From: Fimbriosthenelais zetlandica
Taxonomy: Eukaryota
Direction: 5' to 3'
Length of the DNA stretch: 64,000 nucleotides
Assembly (NCBI GenBank): GCA_977030845.1
Contig: OZ365113.1
Coordinates: 31,372,001 to 31,436,000, forward strand
Positions 40,771 to 51,521 of this stretch are shown here, piece by piece. Position numbers and translations under genes: made by a program. Each line of letters starts with the position of its first letter. Within the stretch, counting starts at the first letter, position 1. The notes under the pieces were generated by a model. It saw nothing but the letters and a program-made list of their open reading frames with translations. It had not been told where the DNA came from and searched no databases.

Positions 40771-43700
40771 TAGATGGACGCTAGGGAGGAGTAGGGGATC
40801 AGATGGGGGTTTCTGAGGAAGGCTTGAGCAAGAATTCTAATGTTATAGTTATAGGATCTTAGTATGATTCCATAACATTGGAAGACAATGAAGGGCTCTG
40901 ATAGTTGGAAGGAACCCCGCTGGAGGGCGTTGTTGTGGTAGTTGGTATTCTTGGAATGGAATTAAGACGGCAGCCTGTCACTAACCTCGATCTGAGGTTT
41001 AAAAGGCGATAGGAGATCCCCCAGGCGGGGGATCCTGAAAGTAATTTTCACAATCAGACATGATATCAGCGGGAGTCATGATTAGGTCTTGATATTGTCC
41101 AGGACAGATCAAGTTATGGGTCATTGTTTTGGACCCAGAAGTATACGTTCCTTTATAGACTTTACCTCCCTTTGTGTCCTATGGTCTGATATGTTTGAGG
41201 ATTTACTCAGTCAGTATAGAAATGGGATTTGAGGCCACAAGATGGTATTTTCATTAGAACCTGATCTAGCGCCATGTTGATGCAGGGAAAGACCCATGTG
41301 TTAACACTGGGACGGGGAGGAGAGGAGGGTGTGATTAAAAACAGTAGCTCCTCCGTAACAGGATCTACAGAGAGTGAAATGTATTGGGTGTCACGTAGGT
41401 GGAACATTTATTGCAGAAATATTTAAGTGTCTTTGTTTAAGTATGGAAATTGAACAGTTACATATACACATAGGCCCTATCTATGCTTCTCCATAGTCCA
41501 TGGTATCCAATGCCCAGATTCTCATGTACTTTATTGAAATATTGTAGCAGAATTCTAAAGAAATACCTCAAAATGGTCATCTTCATTAACTTAGACTTAG
41601 ATAACCCTGGTTTAGCAGTAAAGTCCTGAGCCCTGCTGTGAGATAGTCGCAGGCGAGCAGCTCGGCGTGGTCTGCCTCTATACTGCTCGCCCTACCAAGC
41701 CTGGCCTGACAGCTCTGTCCGGGCTGTGGGTGAGCGCTGGAAATGAATCCGTTAATTAATGTGTCCAGCCTTCCTGTAGACAATACATGGAGGAAATGAG
41801 CTGGCCAGTGCAAGGGGGGACTGCAAGGGACAGCGCCTGGCCCCATAGACTCGTCTAATGACCGATAAGGGGAGAGGGGGGCTTTCTATCCACTATACAC
41901 ACTTGTTGGCGCCCACCCACCCAGTACATTCACGCACGTTCACTGAGAATCAAGATGCCACACACGTTAAAATGAAACACCTGTTGGCATCCTTTCCTCC
42001 AAAAAGAAACCCTCCCTATAAAGAAAAGAAAATTTCTCACAAATTCTCCCACTATAGAAATTGATGGTGATACATTGAGAGTTCCATCTTTGGATGTGAT
42101 TTTCTTGGCCAAGTATGAATCACTTAATAGGTGAGATAGGGAATCCTTTGTCTTAACGATGACTCTCTCCTATCTACTTGCACTCACAGACACCTCATAC
42201 AAGCCCCACTACTGGCCCCGCGTTAATCCATTTTGCCTGTGAATCTTGAGCCGCCTATAAGCAGTGTAGGCCTTAATGAGTGGTAGCCTAGTGGACGCCG
42301 CCGGCGTTCTCTCCCTTAATCCATCATCCCTAATCTCTCGCCATTATGACATAATCCTGTTGACTGCCTCGCCCATCTCCACTCGCCACCAATTACTCGT
42401 GACAACAACAGCTTTTTTCTCTCTCTCCCTCGCCCAATCTCTCCCTCTCTCTAGGTTTTCTTTTTATTGCGCTACAGGCGCGGTTTTGTATCGTGCATGG
42501 CGCGCGATCGTTTGTCGCCTTGCTAAGTGGTTCCATAGATAACGCTTCATCGCTTGGCATGCGACACATTGTTGGCTGGCAGATAGCATATTCCCGTGTG
42601 TCATGTTTTTTATACCCAACTGAGAGACGCACTCTCAACAAACGCACTATGCACTGATCAGATAGTGTGAGTAGTTAGCTTCATTTGATGAAATCTCAGA
42701 AATATGAAACTGTATAATAATTAATAATATTCTGAAATGTGCCGCGGCTAATTGGGCTTTATGGGAATTATCCCGGGGGGAATTCACTAGATTTTCTACT
42801 TTCTGAACTAGCTACATTAGAAGCCATCCACCCTCCACCGACTCCCTATGTCCAGCCCTGGCTGGCTTTCTAAGTTTCTCAGATCCCTTACAATTAGTGC
42901 ATATAAATTGCCAGTCCGTCCACCCACTCCGAATCGAAGCTGATATAAACATCATTAGACAATGGCCAATGCAATGTCCTCTCCCTGCTAATTGACAGTA
43001 GATGAGCAGCTCAAAGCATCTCGGGGGATATTGCTCGTGAGCAGATGAAAAGGAGCGGCTCGCCATCAGAGAATGGGCCTGTAATTAGTGGAGTGAGACT
43101 TCTAAGACATAGGTCTGAGTAGCTGCTCTATGGAAAACATGTGCAGGTGAAGGAGGCTGTGGATTGGACTGAAAGAGGGGGAAATGGCATTTTAAGCTTT
43201 ATCCCCGATATGGGACAGCTATCTGGTTGTGAATGGGCTATTATAAATGGGAATGGAATATCCTTTTGAATGCAGACTGTATTCATAGTTAGGTGACCAA
43301 AAAGGGATGATATATCCAAAGAAGTAAAGAAAATATATGAAAAATAATAATTATGTAAAAATGGAACCCTGTGATAATGAGTTGGATTCAAAGGCTGACC
43401 TAGCACCGGACGTAGCGGTTCTAAATGTGAAACTTGTACATTGAGAACCTCTACCCTTTTCCCTCATTTTTCTTCTAATTCATTCATTGCTTGAGCGGAG
43501 TGTAATGATAGACTCTACTGGTGGAGAAATTTCCATTTCCACCTTGATATTTTTCCAATTAAAGCGATGGCCCCGGGAGGGAGTCTGGTCGGGAGTGTGA
43601 CAGTTGAATTCTCTCCCCACCCAGCCTTATCGCTGCCTCATAATGTACATATTGGTTTCTCATTAGACGGACCTGGTATCTGGAGTACATTATCGGTGCT

Positions 43701-45542
43701 ATCTGAACCGTGTGATGCACCATATCCCTCCATGTGAAAGGTACTGATATCGTGACCCTGGTCACTGTCACCACCTAACCGGTTACATTCGACTTCCTTC
43801 TACTTCCTCCCCAAAATTTATATTTCATTAAAAAATAATTGATATATTAGGTCCAATTTCAGGGTCTATTAATGTTATTGACGGCCCCATATTGGTATGG
43901 GAAAAGGAAAATACTAAATGCTTCTAATTCAATGCACTGTCTCTGGGATGGCATTTGCAATATCATATATACTGGAGACCAGGAAAGTACAGGTTGTTGA
44001 CCTTATGTTGGTTTCCGAACAAGACCGTTTGGGACGCTGGTGTAGGGTTCATTGGAAGATTGACCAGCAGGGCCGTGACATTGACGTGTCATATTAGTAG
44101 CCAGGCTTGACCTGTGTATAGTAATCTGATACTCCCGACCCTCCCTCTCTACCCAAACATGACCTCACTCCTTTTAACTGCCACCACAATTCTGGCAGCA
44201 TTTACAACTTTTCAAATAATATATGTCCCATCCCCCCACGCGCTCTAAATACTATGCCGCATTTAGAAATTGAAATGAAATGCATTAAAAGTAGGACAGT
44301 GAACAATGGCAATTAAATCACATTCCATTATACCCGGGAACATTCGTGACTGGACAGAGTCCAGATTTCTCTGAGAGAATGTCCAGTTTTAATTGAAATG
44401 TTTCGGCGGAATGGAGACAGACTCTCTCTATATATAAATAGCCCATGCGCTCTTTCTTTGGCTCTAAATTCCTGCAGTACTCTCCAGGGCTTGACCTATT
44501 AGAGGGTATGTTCAAACTGACCATATGACCCCCATGGGAGGCTGGAGGAATGGTGGAGGAGTGAGTGGGTGAGTGGGGTTTAGTGGTCTCCACATGTGTG
44601 CTCTATGGGAAACTGGGTCTGTGGGAGAAGAACCTCCCGACCCTCGTACATTACCCTCCTCCACCTCCCTCACTGATGTATCGATGATGTATTGGAATTT
44701 AAAGACGGGCTTTTGTAGAGGCGCGAATGAACAGTTGGTTTTACTTATAGGCGTAAGAGAGTGGCTTCAAAGGGCTGAGGAACGGTGCGCAAAGTGCAGA
44801 ACCATTTGTCATTCTAGTTTTGGGTGTGTGGAAAAAAACTTGTGTTCTATTCTCAACTCATATGTTAAATACAATTAAAGTTCATGAATTAATTAGTAAT
44901 TAATTAAAATCTTAAAATTATATTTTTCTGGGGTTTCTATTAGAGCCACTCATTAAGGCATGAAGGGGTGACTTAGGGGTCGTGCAAAAGGCCAGTACAT
45001 GTGGATGGCGGTTGGTAGAGGCTATAAAATAAATGTAAGTCCAGGTCTCTATGGCTTGTAGCTGAAGTGGTCCGAGAAGTGACCGTTAGCAGCTGGGACT
45101 TGTTTAGTGTGATCTATGTCCAGTGTCCATCACTTAACTGGACATGGTCAGTTGATTGGTAGCACTCATCTAGCCATGTTACCATTGTCCATGCCTTGGC
45201 TTCACCTTTACCCCTATACACGCCCAATATTGAAAATGATCAGCACTGAAGCTTAAAGCTCGAGGTTGAAACTGATTTGCTGATAACTGAATATTTCTCT
45301 GCTCCGCGCTCTAAGAACGGAGCCGGTGTTTCATTAAGTTTGGCAAGTGAGCTCCAAGTGTCATTATTTGCCCCCAGTGTTAACACAAATTTGCTAAAAG
45401 AGACTTGGGCAAGTCAAGGACTAAGTCCAGACGGGTCATAACTGCCGGACCCCAGACACTGAGGGGCAGTAAAATGGTGATGAATGGGACAGAAGACTGC
45501 CGCCCGCTACCTCCGTCTTCCACCCAGGCAAAGTGGGACACG

Positions 45543-45597
45543 AGGGGGGAGAGGGGGCCGGGGGTAGAGGGGGGAGGCCGGGGGAGTGGGGTAAAGG
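45543..45597 (+). other. Dense G-tract cluster, potential G-quadruplex
   Basis: Six runs of four or more G separated by 2-5 nt. Confidence 0.55.
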
Positions 45598-46793
45598 AAT
45601 AGCCGAGGCCATGAGAGGATCGTGGCGGTCATTGTAGGTCAACTAGACGAGGTTTTTACTCTGATCCTAATTCACAGAGGACCGTAAAGACTTTGATTCT
45701 ACTAATGGGCTGGTTAGTCCTGCTCCCGGTTTATACCTTCTCAAATATACCCTGGATGAAGGAATTGGTGAAGTTATTTTGTATAAATAAATATAGTGCA
45801 TTTATTGTCCCATTTGAAAAAAGATTTTTTTTAAATCCTAGATGTAGCCAAAGATTCTGTTATAAGTTCTGTTATATGTCAACTAATTGTGTACTTACAT
45901 GTGTGTTATGTACAATGTAATGGGAAGTAAAATTATGAGTAGAATGAATAGTTACATGCAGTTGGTCCGTGTAATACACAGTAAATAGGATGTCTATGTT
46001 GACGTTGATGTAGATATATACAATGCTGCCCTTCATTATGACTGGCTCACATTAACTAATGCACTTCCTCATCAATGTTGTTTCAAATGGGGAGAGGAAG
46101 ACATCCTCTGGAGGCCAGCACTTCATCATATGATGCCATCATTTAAACATGAGCGTTTTTGTGTTAGTTAGCGGCGCTGCTGATGTGTCCAGGCACTGGA
46201 TGGTCAATCATTTATACATGGGGTACAAAGAGGTCTGATTGTATAACTGACCATTATTAGTTGAAGGTCCAGTGTAGGCCCTCTATAGGGGGCAGGCATT
46301 GTCGGGTGAGACAGGAGGAAACATGGCTTCTTCCTTGTCTCGCTGTGTGAAGGGATTGAGATGAAGGGGGGAGAGAATGGATGAAGTGAAGACAGTTCAT
46401 CCAGGCTTCCACTACACCTGTTGGGATTAAAGATTCATTGGAAGCATTGTGTAGGGTGGTCTCTATATTGAAGGCGGTAACAACACCCCATAGTGCCTGC
46501 CGCTCTCTCCCTCCATCACCAATACACAGCCAACACACACCTACATGCACACACGCAAGAACACATGATTACACACTCATGGTCACACAATTCCTCATGA
46601 GCCTCCATATTATGGTCTACTAATTCAGACAATGAACATAAGGCATACAAGATTATCAAGTGACTTCTTATTCCGAGCCACTTTATGATTATTTAAAATG
46701 GCTAAATTTTAAGAATAAAATTAAATTATCAATACCATGTCCAGATATTACCGGTCATTGTGAGGGTCCGAGTGGAAATTACAAATCTTTTAA

Positions 46794-47345
46794 TTCTGAT
46801 ACCCCCAACCCTACGGGCAGCCGGTTGGCTCTTTCTGGGATGGGACGGAATTAATTCTATCTTGTTATGGGTAGCCTTGTTGGCCGATTGGTAATTGCAA
46901 ATCATTAAGTTCTGATACCCCCAATCCTACGGGCAGCCGGTTGGCTCCTACTGGGATGGAGTGGTTGATGTTAACATCTTTTTACTCCAGGTAGCTTGTT
47001 AGTCGATTGATAGTTATATACTAACCAGTTAATCTTGATACCCCCAACCCCATGGGCAGCCGGTTGGCTCCTACTGGGATGGAGTGGTTGCAGATGGTCC
47101 AACGTCTAATAGGTGTAGCCTGTTGGCTCACATGGATGAATTATTCTTATAATACATACCTATAAAGGCTACCCATACAAAACTAGATACACACATCGAT
47201 TTTGTTACATATCGTCGGTTGATGTATATTACTTGACTTAGATACCCTATCCCAAATCCTATGGGTAGCCGGTTGGCTCCTACTGGGAATGATTGCAGAA
47301 AATCCAACGACTAACAGGAAGTATAGCCTGTTGGCTCACATGGGT
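46794..47345 (+). repeat. Four tandem monomers (core GATACCCCCAAYCCYAYGGGYAGCCGGTTGGCTCCTACTGGGA; spacing 116, 123 and 209 nt), each with one or two AGCC-KGTT-GGCT hairpins
   Basis: AGCCGGTTGGCT at 46819, 46935, 47058 and 47267; AGCCTGTTGGCT at 47117 and 47325; degenerate copies at 46873 and 46993. Confidence 0.9.
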
Positions 47346-47941
47346 GGATGGCATATGGATTCATGGATTTACGTACAATATTAATGGAGCTCTTCATATA
47401 AAAGCAATGGCAAAACCGAACCAGGAGTAACAAGTGTAACGTAAGATTTTAAACATCTCAACTAACTGGCTCCAATTTAAAGACCCAAACAAAAGGAGTA
47501 AGAGTGGACGTCATGACGAGAAGACCTCAAACTGTATGCAAAACTTACATTACTTTCTATTTCTTGATTTATAAGATTTTCACAACACTATCTAGATCTA
47601 TTGACTCATAGAAGTATAGGCACGGGACTTGGTATGTATATATATATATATATACTATTATTATTAACCCGAGTTAAGTTTAAAACACATGCCTATAAAG
47701 GATAACCACAAAAAGAGTAGGTATATACATCGACCTCCAGGATGCTGAATGACTATTTTATAACAATTTATCAACCACTGACTCTAATGCCATATCGTCG
47801 GTTGACGTATAGCATTCAACAAATATGATCACATCTAATATAGACCCGTACAGAATAGACATGATCATTGATCCTTATCATTTTCACTATTATTGAATAA
47901 ACCATCACACTAATGCCGTGTCGTCGGTTGACGCATAGCAT
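47209..47941 (+). repeat. Three dispersed copies of a second hairpin motif, RTRTCGTC-GGTT-GAYGYAT
   Basis: Copies at 47209-47227, 47787-47815 and 47913-47941, read directly. Confidence 0.85.
47637..47665. repeat. (TA)n followed by (TAT)n microsatellite
   Basis: tatatatatatatatatactattattatt. Confidence 0.85.
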
Positions 47942-48222
47942 ATTACCCAGTCATTAATTCACCTGGCTAGTTGTGGGAACTCAATCACCCCTCTCCAGCC
48001 ATAGTGAAGTGGGACCCCACCCCTTAGACAATCCCTGATAACCCTGAGACATGGGGGCAAATCTGAAACTGGTTTCTATGTATTTTCACCAGTTTCAGCC
48101 ACTGCCCTTATATCCAACTTGCCACGAATCACCCATGCACCTTTTGGTCATCACTAGCCATCACTGTTCATACGCATCATCTATATCACCCTCAACCTTA
48201 ATTTACAAACAAGTTTTATACC

Positions 48223-51132
48223 ATGAAACACACATCCATCATGGCCTCTCTAGACATCCTCAATCAGACATATAATGGCAGAGGCGTCCATATTGCCCAT
48301 ATGAATATCCGCAGCTTATTCCCCAAAATAGACTCACTTCGCCAACTTGTTGAGGATAGTAAACTATCCATACTGACAATAAGTGAGACCTGGCTAAATA
48401 GCAATCTAGATAATAAATTAATTTCATTGAAAGATTTTACTCCATATAGGCTTGACAGATCATGGAATGAAGTCAATGCTTCCACTATTAAGAAAGGAGG
48501 TGGCCTCTGTACTTACATTAAAGCTCATTTTGATTCCAATAGTTTTAAATACAAGCATTTAAATAAAAGCTGTCAAGACATAGAAATCCAATGGGTTTCT
48601 TTTGAGCCTAAGCACCAAAAATCAATAATCATAGCGAACATCTACCGGCCTCCCAAAGGCAATATTAATAATTTTAACGAATACCTACATGACTGCTTAT
48701 CAAATGAAATCTGCAAAAATAAACAAATTATAGTACTTGGCGATTTTAACTTAGACTTTCTGTCCCACAGTAACTCGCAGATAAAAGAAACCAAAAATAA
48801 CCTACTGAAATTTGGCTTAAAGCAGCTGATAAAAGAACCTACTAGATACTCTCCAACTAAAAACTCACTACTAGATCCAATTTTTACAAACATTAATGAT
48901 ATATCAAACAGCGGAGTTGTCCACCCAGGACTGAGCGACCATGAACTACCATTTATCACTAAAAAAAAGCATCCCCTAATTAAGAATAATATTACCTTTA
49001 AAGGTAGACCATACAAAAACCTTGATTTAAACCTGCTAAAAAACGAACTTCTAGGGGAAGACTGGACCTTGCTATTTAACTCTAATGACCCTGAAACAAT
49101 CTGGAATATAATTGTTAATAAAATAACAAAAGTACTAGACAAATATTGCCCAATAAAAGAATATAAGATAAGTAAATGTAAAGAAGAATGGATTAGTGCA
49201 GATTTAATAAACGAAATCAACCGTAAAAATAAAGCACTAATAAAAGCTAAACGCACACGCACTACAGAAAATTGGATTATAGCCAGAAACCTCCGAAATA
49301 GCTGCATTAAACATATCCGCCATGCTAGAGCCCACTTCATTAAAGAACAGTTACATATACATAAGAATGATCCAAAGAAATTCTGGGCAAGCATAGCTTC
49401 CCTTATACCAACAAAAAAACAAAAAAGTGCAACGAACAATATAAACCTAATTGACCATACATGCAGCGACAGTCCAATTAGCTCTGATAGAACAGCCACG
49501 TATATTAACAATTTCTTTGCTAACATTGGACCCGAACTGGCCAAATGTTTCAAAGCTACCTGGTCATATTACGGACAAACAAATGATCAAATTCTACCGA
49601 TCTTAGAAACTAATAACACTGAAATAGGCGAATTAATATCTAAAATCGACACTAACAAATCATCTGGTATGGATTACATGTCCTCAAACATTCTGAAACA
49701 GAGCTTCTCTGTCATCATACCACAGCTTACCCATATGTACAACTCATCTTTCACTAAATGTACTTATCCCGATTCTTGGAAATTATCAACCATAGTCCCA
49801 TTACCCAAGGATGGGGATCCAACTGAAGTGTCTAACTACCGTCCAATAGCCCTTCTACCACTACCGGGGAAGATAGCCGAAAAAATAGTTCATAACCGTA
49901 TATATAACTTTTTTGAAAATAATGAAATCCTATCTAAATACCAAGGTGGTTTTAGAAAAAATCATTCAACTGTTAGCACAATAGCTGAACTTACAAATAA
50001 AATTTATATGGGGATGGATAATGGGAAACTTACAATGGCTGTGTTCATTGACTTGAAGAAAGCATTTGACACGGTGGACCATCATATATTATTAGAAAAA
50101 ATGTTCAAACTAGGGATCAGGGGTCCACCATGTCAATGGCTAGCAAGTTATTTGGAAAAGAGGACTCAAAGAACAGTTGCCAATGGCCAACTATCAACCA
50201 TAGCCCAAAGCACCTGCGGAGTGCCTCAAGGAAGCGTCCTAGGTCCACTATTCTTTCTAGCTTTTATTAATGATGCCCCTAACTGCATAACCCCAGCTAA
50301 TACACTTCTCTATGCGGATGACACTGTAATCTATAACCAGGGTGATAACCTGGTGGACATGTCCACCAGAATGCAAAATACATTAACACAATATTCCTCA
50401 TGGTGCACCCAAAACAAATTAACTATCAACACAAAAAAAACTAAGTACATGTTATTTGCCACCAAACAAAAGCTTAAAAACTCCCTTCACCCAACAATCA
50501 CACTGAATGAATCACCTTTAGAGCTAGTTAAATCATACAAATATTTAGGCATGAATCTTGACCCCCAATTATCCTTTACACCCCACCTCAACTCCCTAAT
50601 TCAAAAAGTTAGCCACAAAGCATACCAACTTTCCAAAATTCGCCCATTCATTGATAGCACCACCTCAAGCCTCATCTATAAATCAACCATACTCAGCTAC
50701 TTAGATTATGCTGATATAATTTACCATAAAGGACCTAAATCTCACACCAATAAATTACAGCGCATCCAAAACCATTGCTTAAGAACATGTCACTACCAAT
50801 ACCCTCCCCCATCCACCAACAATTTGCACAATATATACCAAGTTGGCTACCTTGAAGATAGACGGGAATCACATATACTTAACTTCTTTCATAAACAAAA
50901 ACATCTTCATCCAACCACTCAACAAACCTCTACTGTCACTCGCTCACAAGATACCACAACATATTCACTACCCAGACATCACACTGAAAAAGCTAAACAA
51001 AACCTAATGTACCACGGGAAAAAACTCTGGAATGAACAATCAGCAGAAATCCGAAATATAGAACAATATTCATGCTTTAAAGCTCAATCCAAAAGAAAAA
51101 TGTTAAATAAAATCCCACAACATAGAGGATAA
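48223..51132 (+). CDS. LINE ORF2-type protein (969 aa): apurinic-like endonuclease plus reverse transcriptase
   Basis: APE motifs: HMNIRSL, ISETWL, YRLDR..KKGGG, NIYRPP, LGDFN, QLIKEPTR, SDH. RT motifs: NYRPIALLP, QGGFRKNHST, VFIDLKKAFDTVDH, GVPQGSVLGP, YADDT, KYLG. The C-terminal LDYADIIY..LQRIQN is typical of CR1/L2-group elements. Confidence 0.96.
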   Translation: MKHTSIMASLDILNQTYNGRGVHIAHMNIRSLFPKIDSLRQLVEDSKLSILTISETWLNSNLDNKLISLKDFTPYRLDRSWNEVNASTIKKGGGLCTYIKAHFDSNSFKYKHLNKSCQDIEIQWVSFEPKHQKSIIIANIYRPPKGNINNFNEYLHDCLSNEICKNKQIIVLGDFNLDFLSHSNSQIKETKNNLLKFGLKQLIKEPTRYSPTKNSLLDPIFTNINDISNSGVVHPGLSDHELPFITKKKHPLIKNNITFKGRPYKNLDLNLLKNELLGEDWTLLFNSNDPETIWNIIVNKITKVLDKYCPIKEYKISKCKEEWISADLINEINRKNKALIKAKRTRTTENWIIARNLRNSCIKHIRHARAHFIKEQLHIHKNDPKKFWASIASLIPTKKQKSATNNINLIDHTCSDSPISSDRTATYINNFFANIGPELAKCFKATWSYYGQTNDQILPILETNNTEIGELISKIDTNKSSGMDYMSSNILKQSFSVIIPQLTHMYNSSFTKCTYPDSWKLSTIVPLPKDGDPTEVSNYRPIALLPLPGKIAEKIVHNRIYNFFENNEILSKYQGGFRKNHSTVSTIAELTNKIYMGMDNGKLTMAVFIDLKKAFDTVDHHILLEKMFKLGIRGPPCQWLASYLEKRTQRTVANGQLSTIAQSTCGVPQGSVLGPLFFLAFINDAPNCITPANTLLYADDTVIYNQGDNLVDMSTRMQNTLTQYSSWCTQNKLTINTKKTKYMLFATKQKLKNSLHPTITLNESPLELVKSYKYLGMNLDPQLSFTPHLNSLIQKVSHKAYQLSKIRPFIDSTTSSLIYKSTILSYLDYADIIYHKGPKSHTNKLQRIQNHCLRTCHYQYPPPSTNNLHNIYQVGYLEDRRESHILNFFHKQKHLHPTTQQTSTVTRSQDTTTYSLPRHHTEKAKQNLMYHGKKLWNEQSAEIRNIEQYSCFKAQSKRKMLNKIPQHRG

Positions 51133-51440
51133 ATCATATCCTTTTCCCCCCTTTTCTTGTTAATTTATACGAACTGCCTTCGAAACTGTTATTGTCATTT
51201 TTTCATTTACCATCAGACTCATCCCATATCATTTCAACCATACCAACCATTGTATATGTTTGAATGAAAGAAAACAATGTACTACTTTAAATCACTCACT
51301 CTTTTCTATGTTTCCCAACTGTTCTCTCCAATTCTAACCGCTAACACTCTTATTTCCTTCTCATTTTCTACCTCTATGTCTTTTCCACTTTATAATGATT
51401 CAAATGATAAAATGCCTGTGTGATTTTTTTTTTTCTCTAA

Positions 51441-51490
51441 GCTGTAGCGATGAAAACCTACTATTATTGTAGAGAACTGCAGCCTAATCC

Positions 51491-51519
<29 letters not shown>
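51441..51519 (+). terminator. LINE 3' terminal stem-loop, AATAAA and poly(A) tail
   Basis: GCTGTAG (51441-47) pairs with CTGCAGC (51477-83) and encloses CTAC-TATTATT-GTAG. AATAAA is at 51492-97 and A25 at 51495-51519. Confidence 0.75.

Positions 51520-51521
<2 letters not shown>

Larger units (their letters stand above)
46794..51519 (+). mobile_element. CR1/L2-group non-LTR retrotransposon (LINE); 5' boundary uncertain
   Basis: Uninterrupted APE+RT ORF, a ~360-nt 3' UTR ending in a stem-loop, AATAAA and a 25-nt A tail. The 5' region carries tandem monomers. No target-site duplication was found by eye, so assigning 46794-48222 to the element is inference from adjacency and strand. Confidence 0.85.

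Noticed and set aside
46794-47345. Monomers considered as hammerhead or HDV ribozymes, histone stem-loop, or CRISPR repeats
   Set aside because: No CTGATGA/GAAA core, no HDV pseudoknot discerned, GGCTCTTT lacks its AGAGCC partner, and spacing is irregular with related spacers in a eukaryotic context.
46678-47500. Short similar peptides WLNFKN (about 46700) and WLQFKD (about 47466) in small open frames upstream of the LINE
   Set aside because: The match is too short to separate from chance; worth rechecking only against a family consensus.
48642-49553. 303-aa minus-strand ORF
   Set aside because: Antisense shadow of the A-rich LINE ORF; no recognisable domain.
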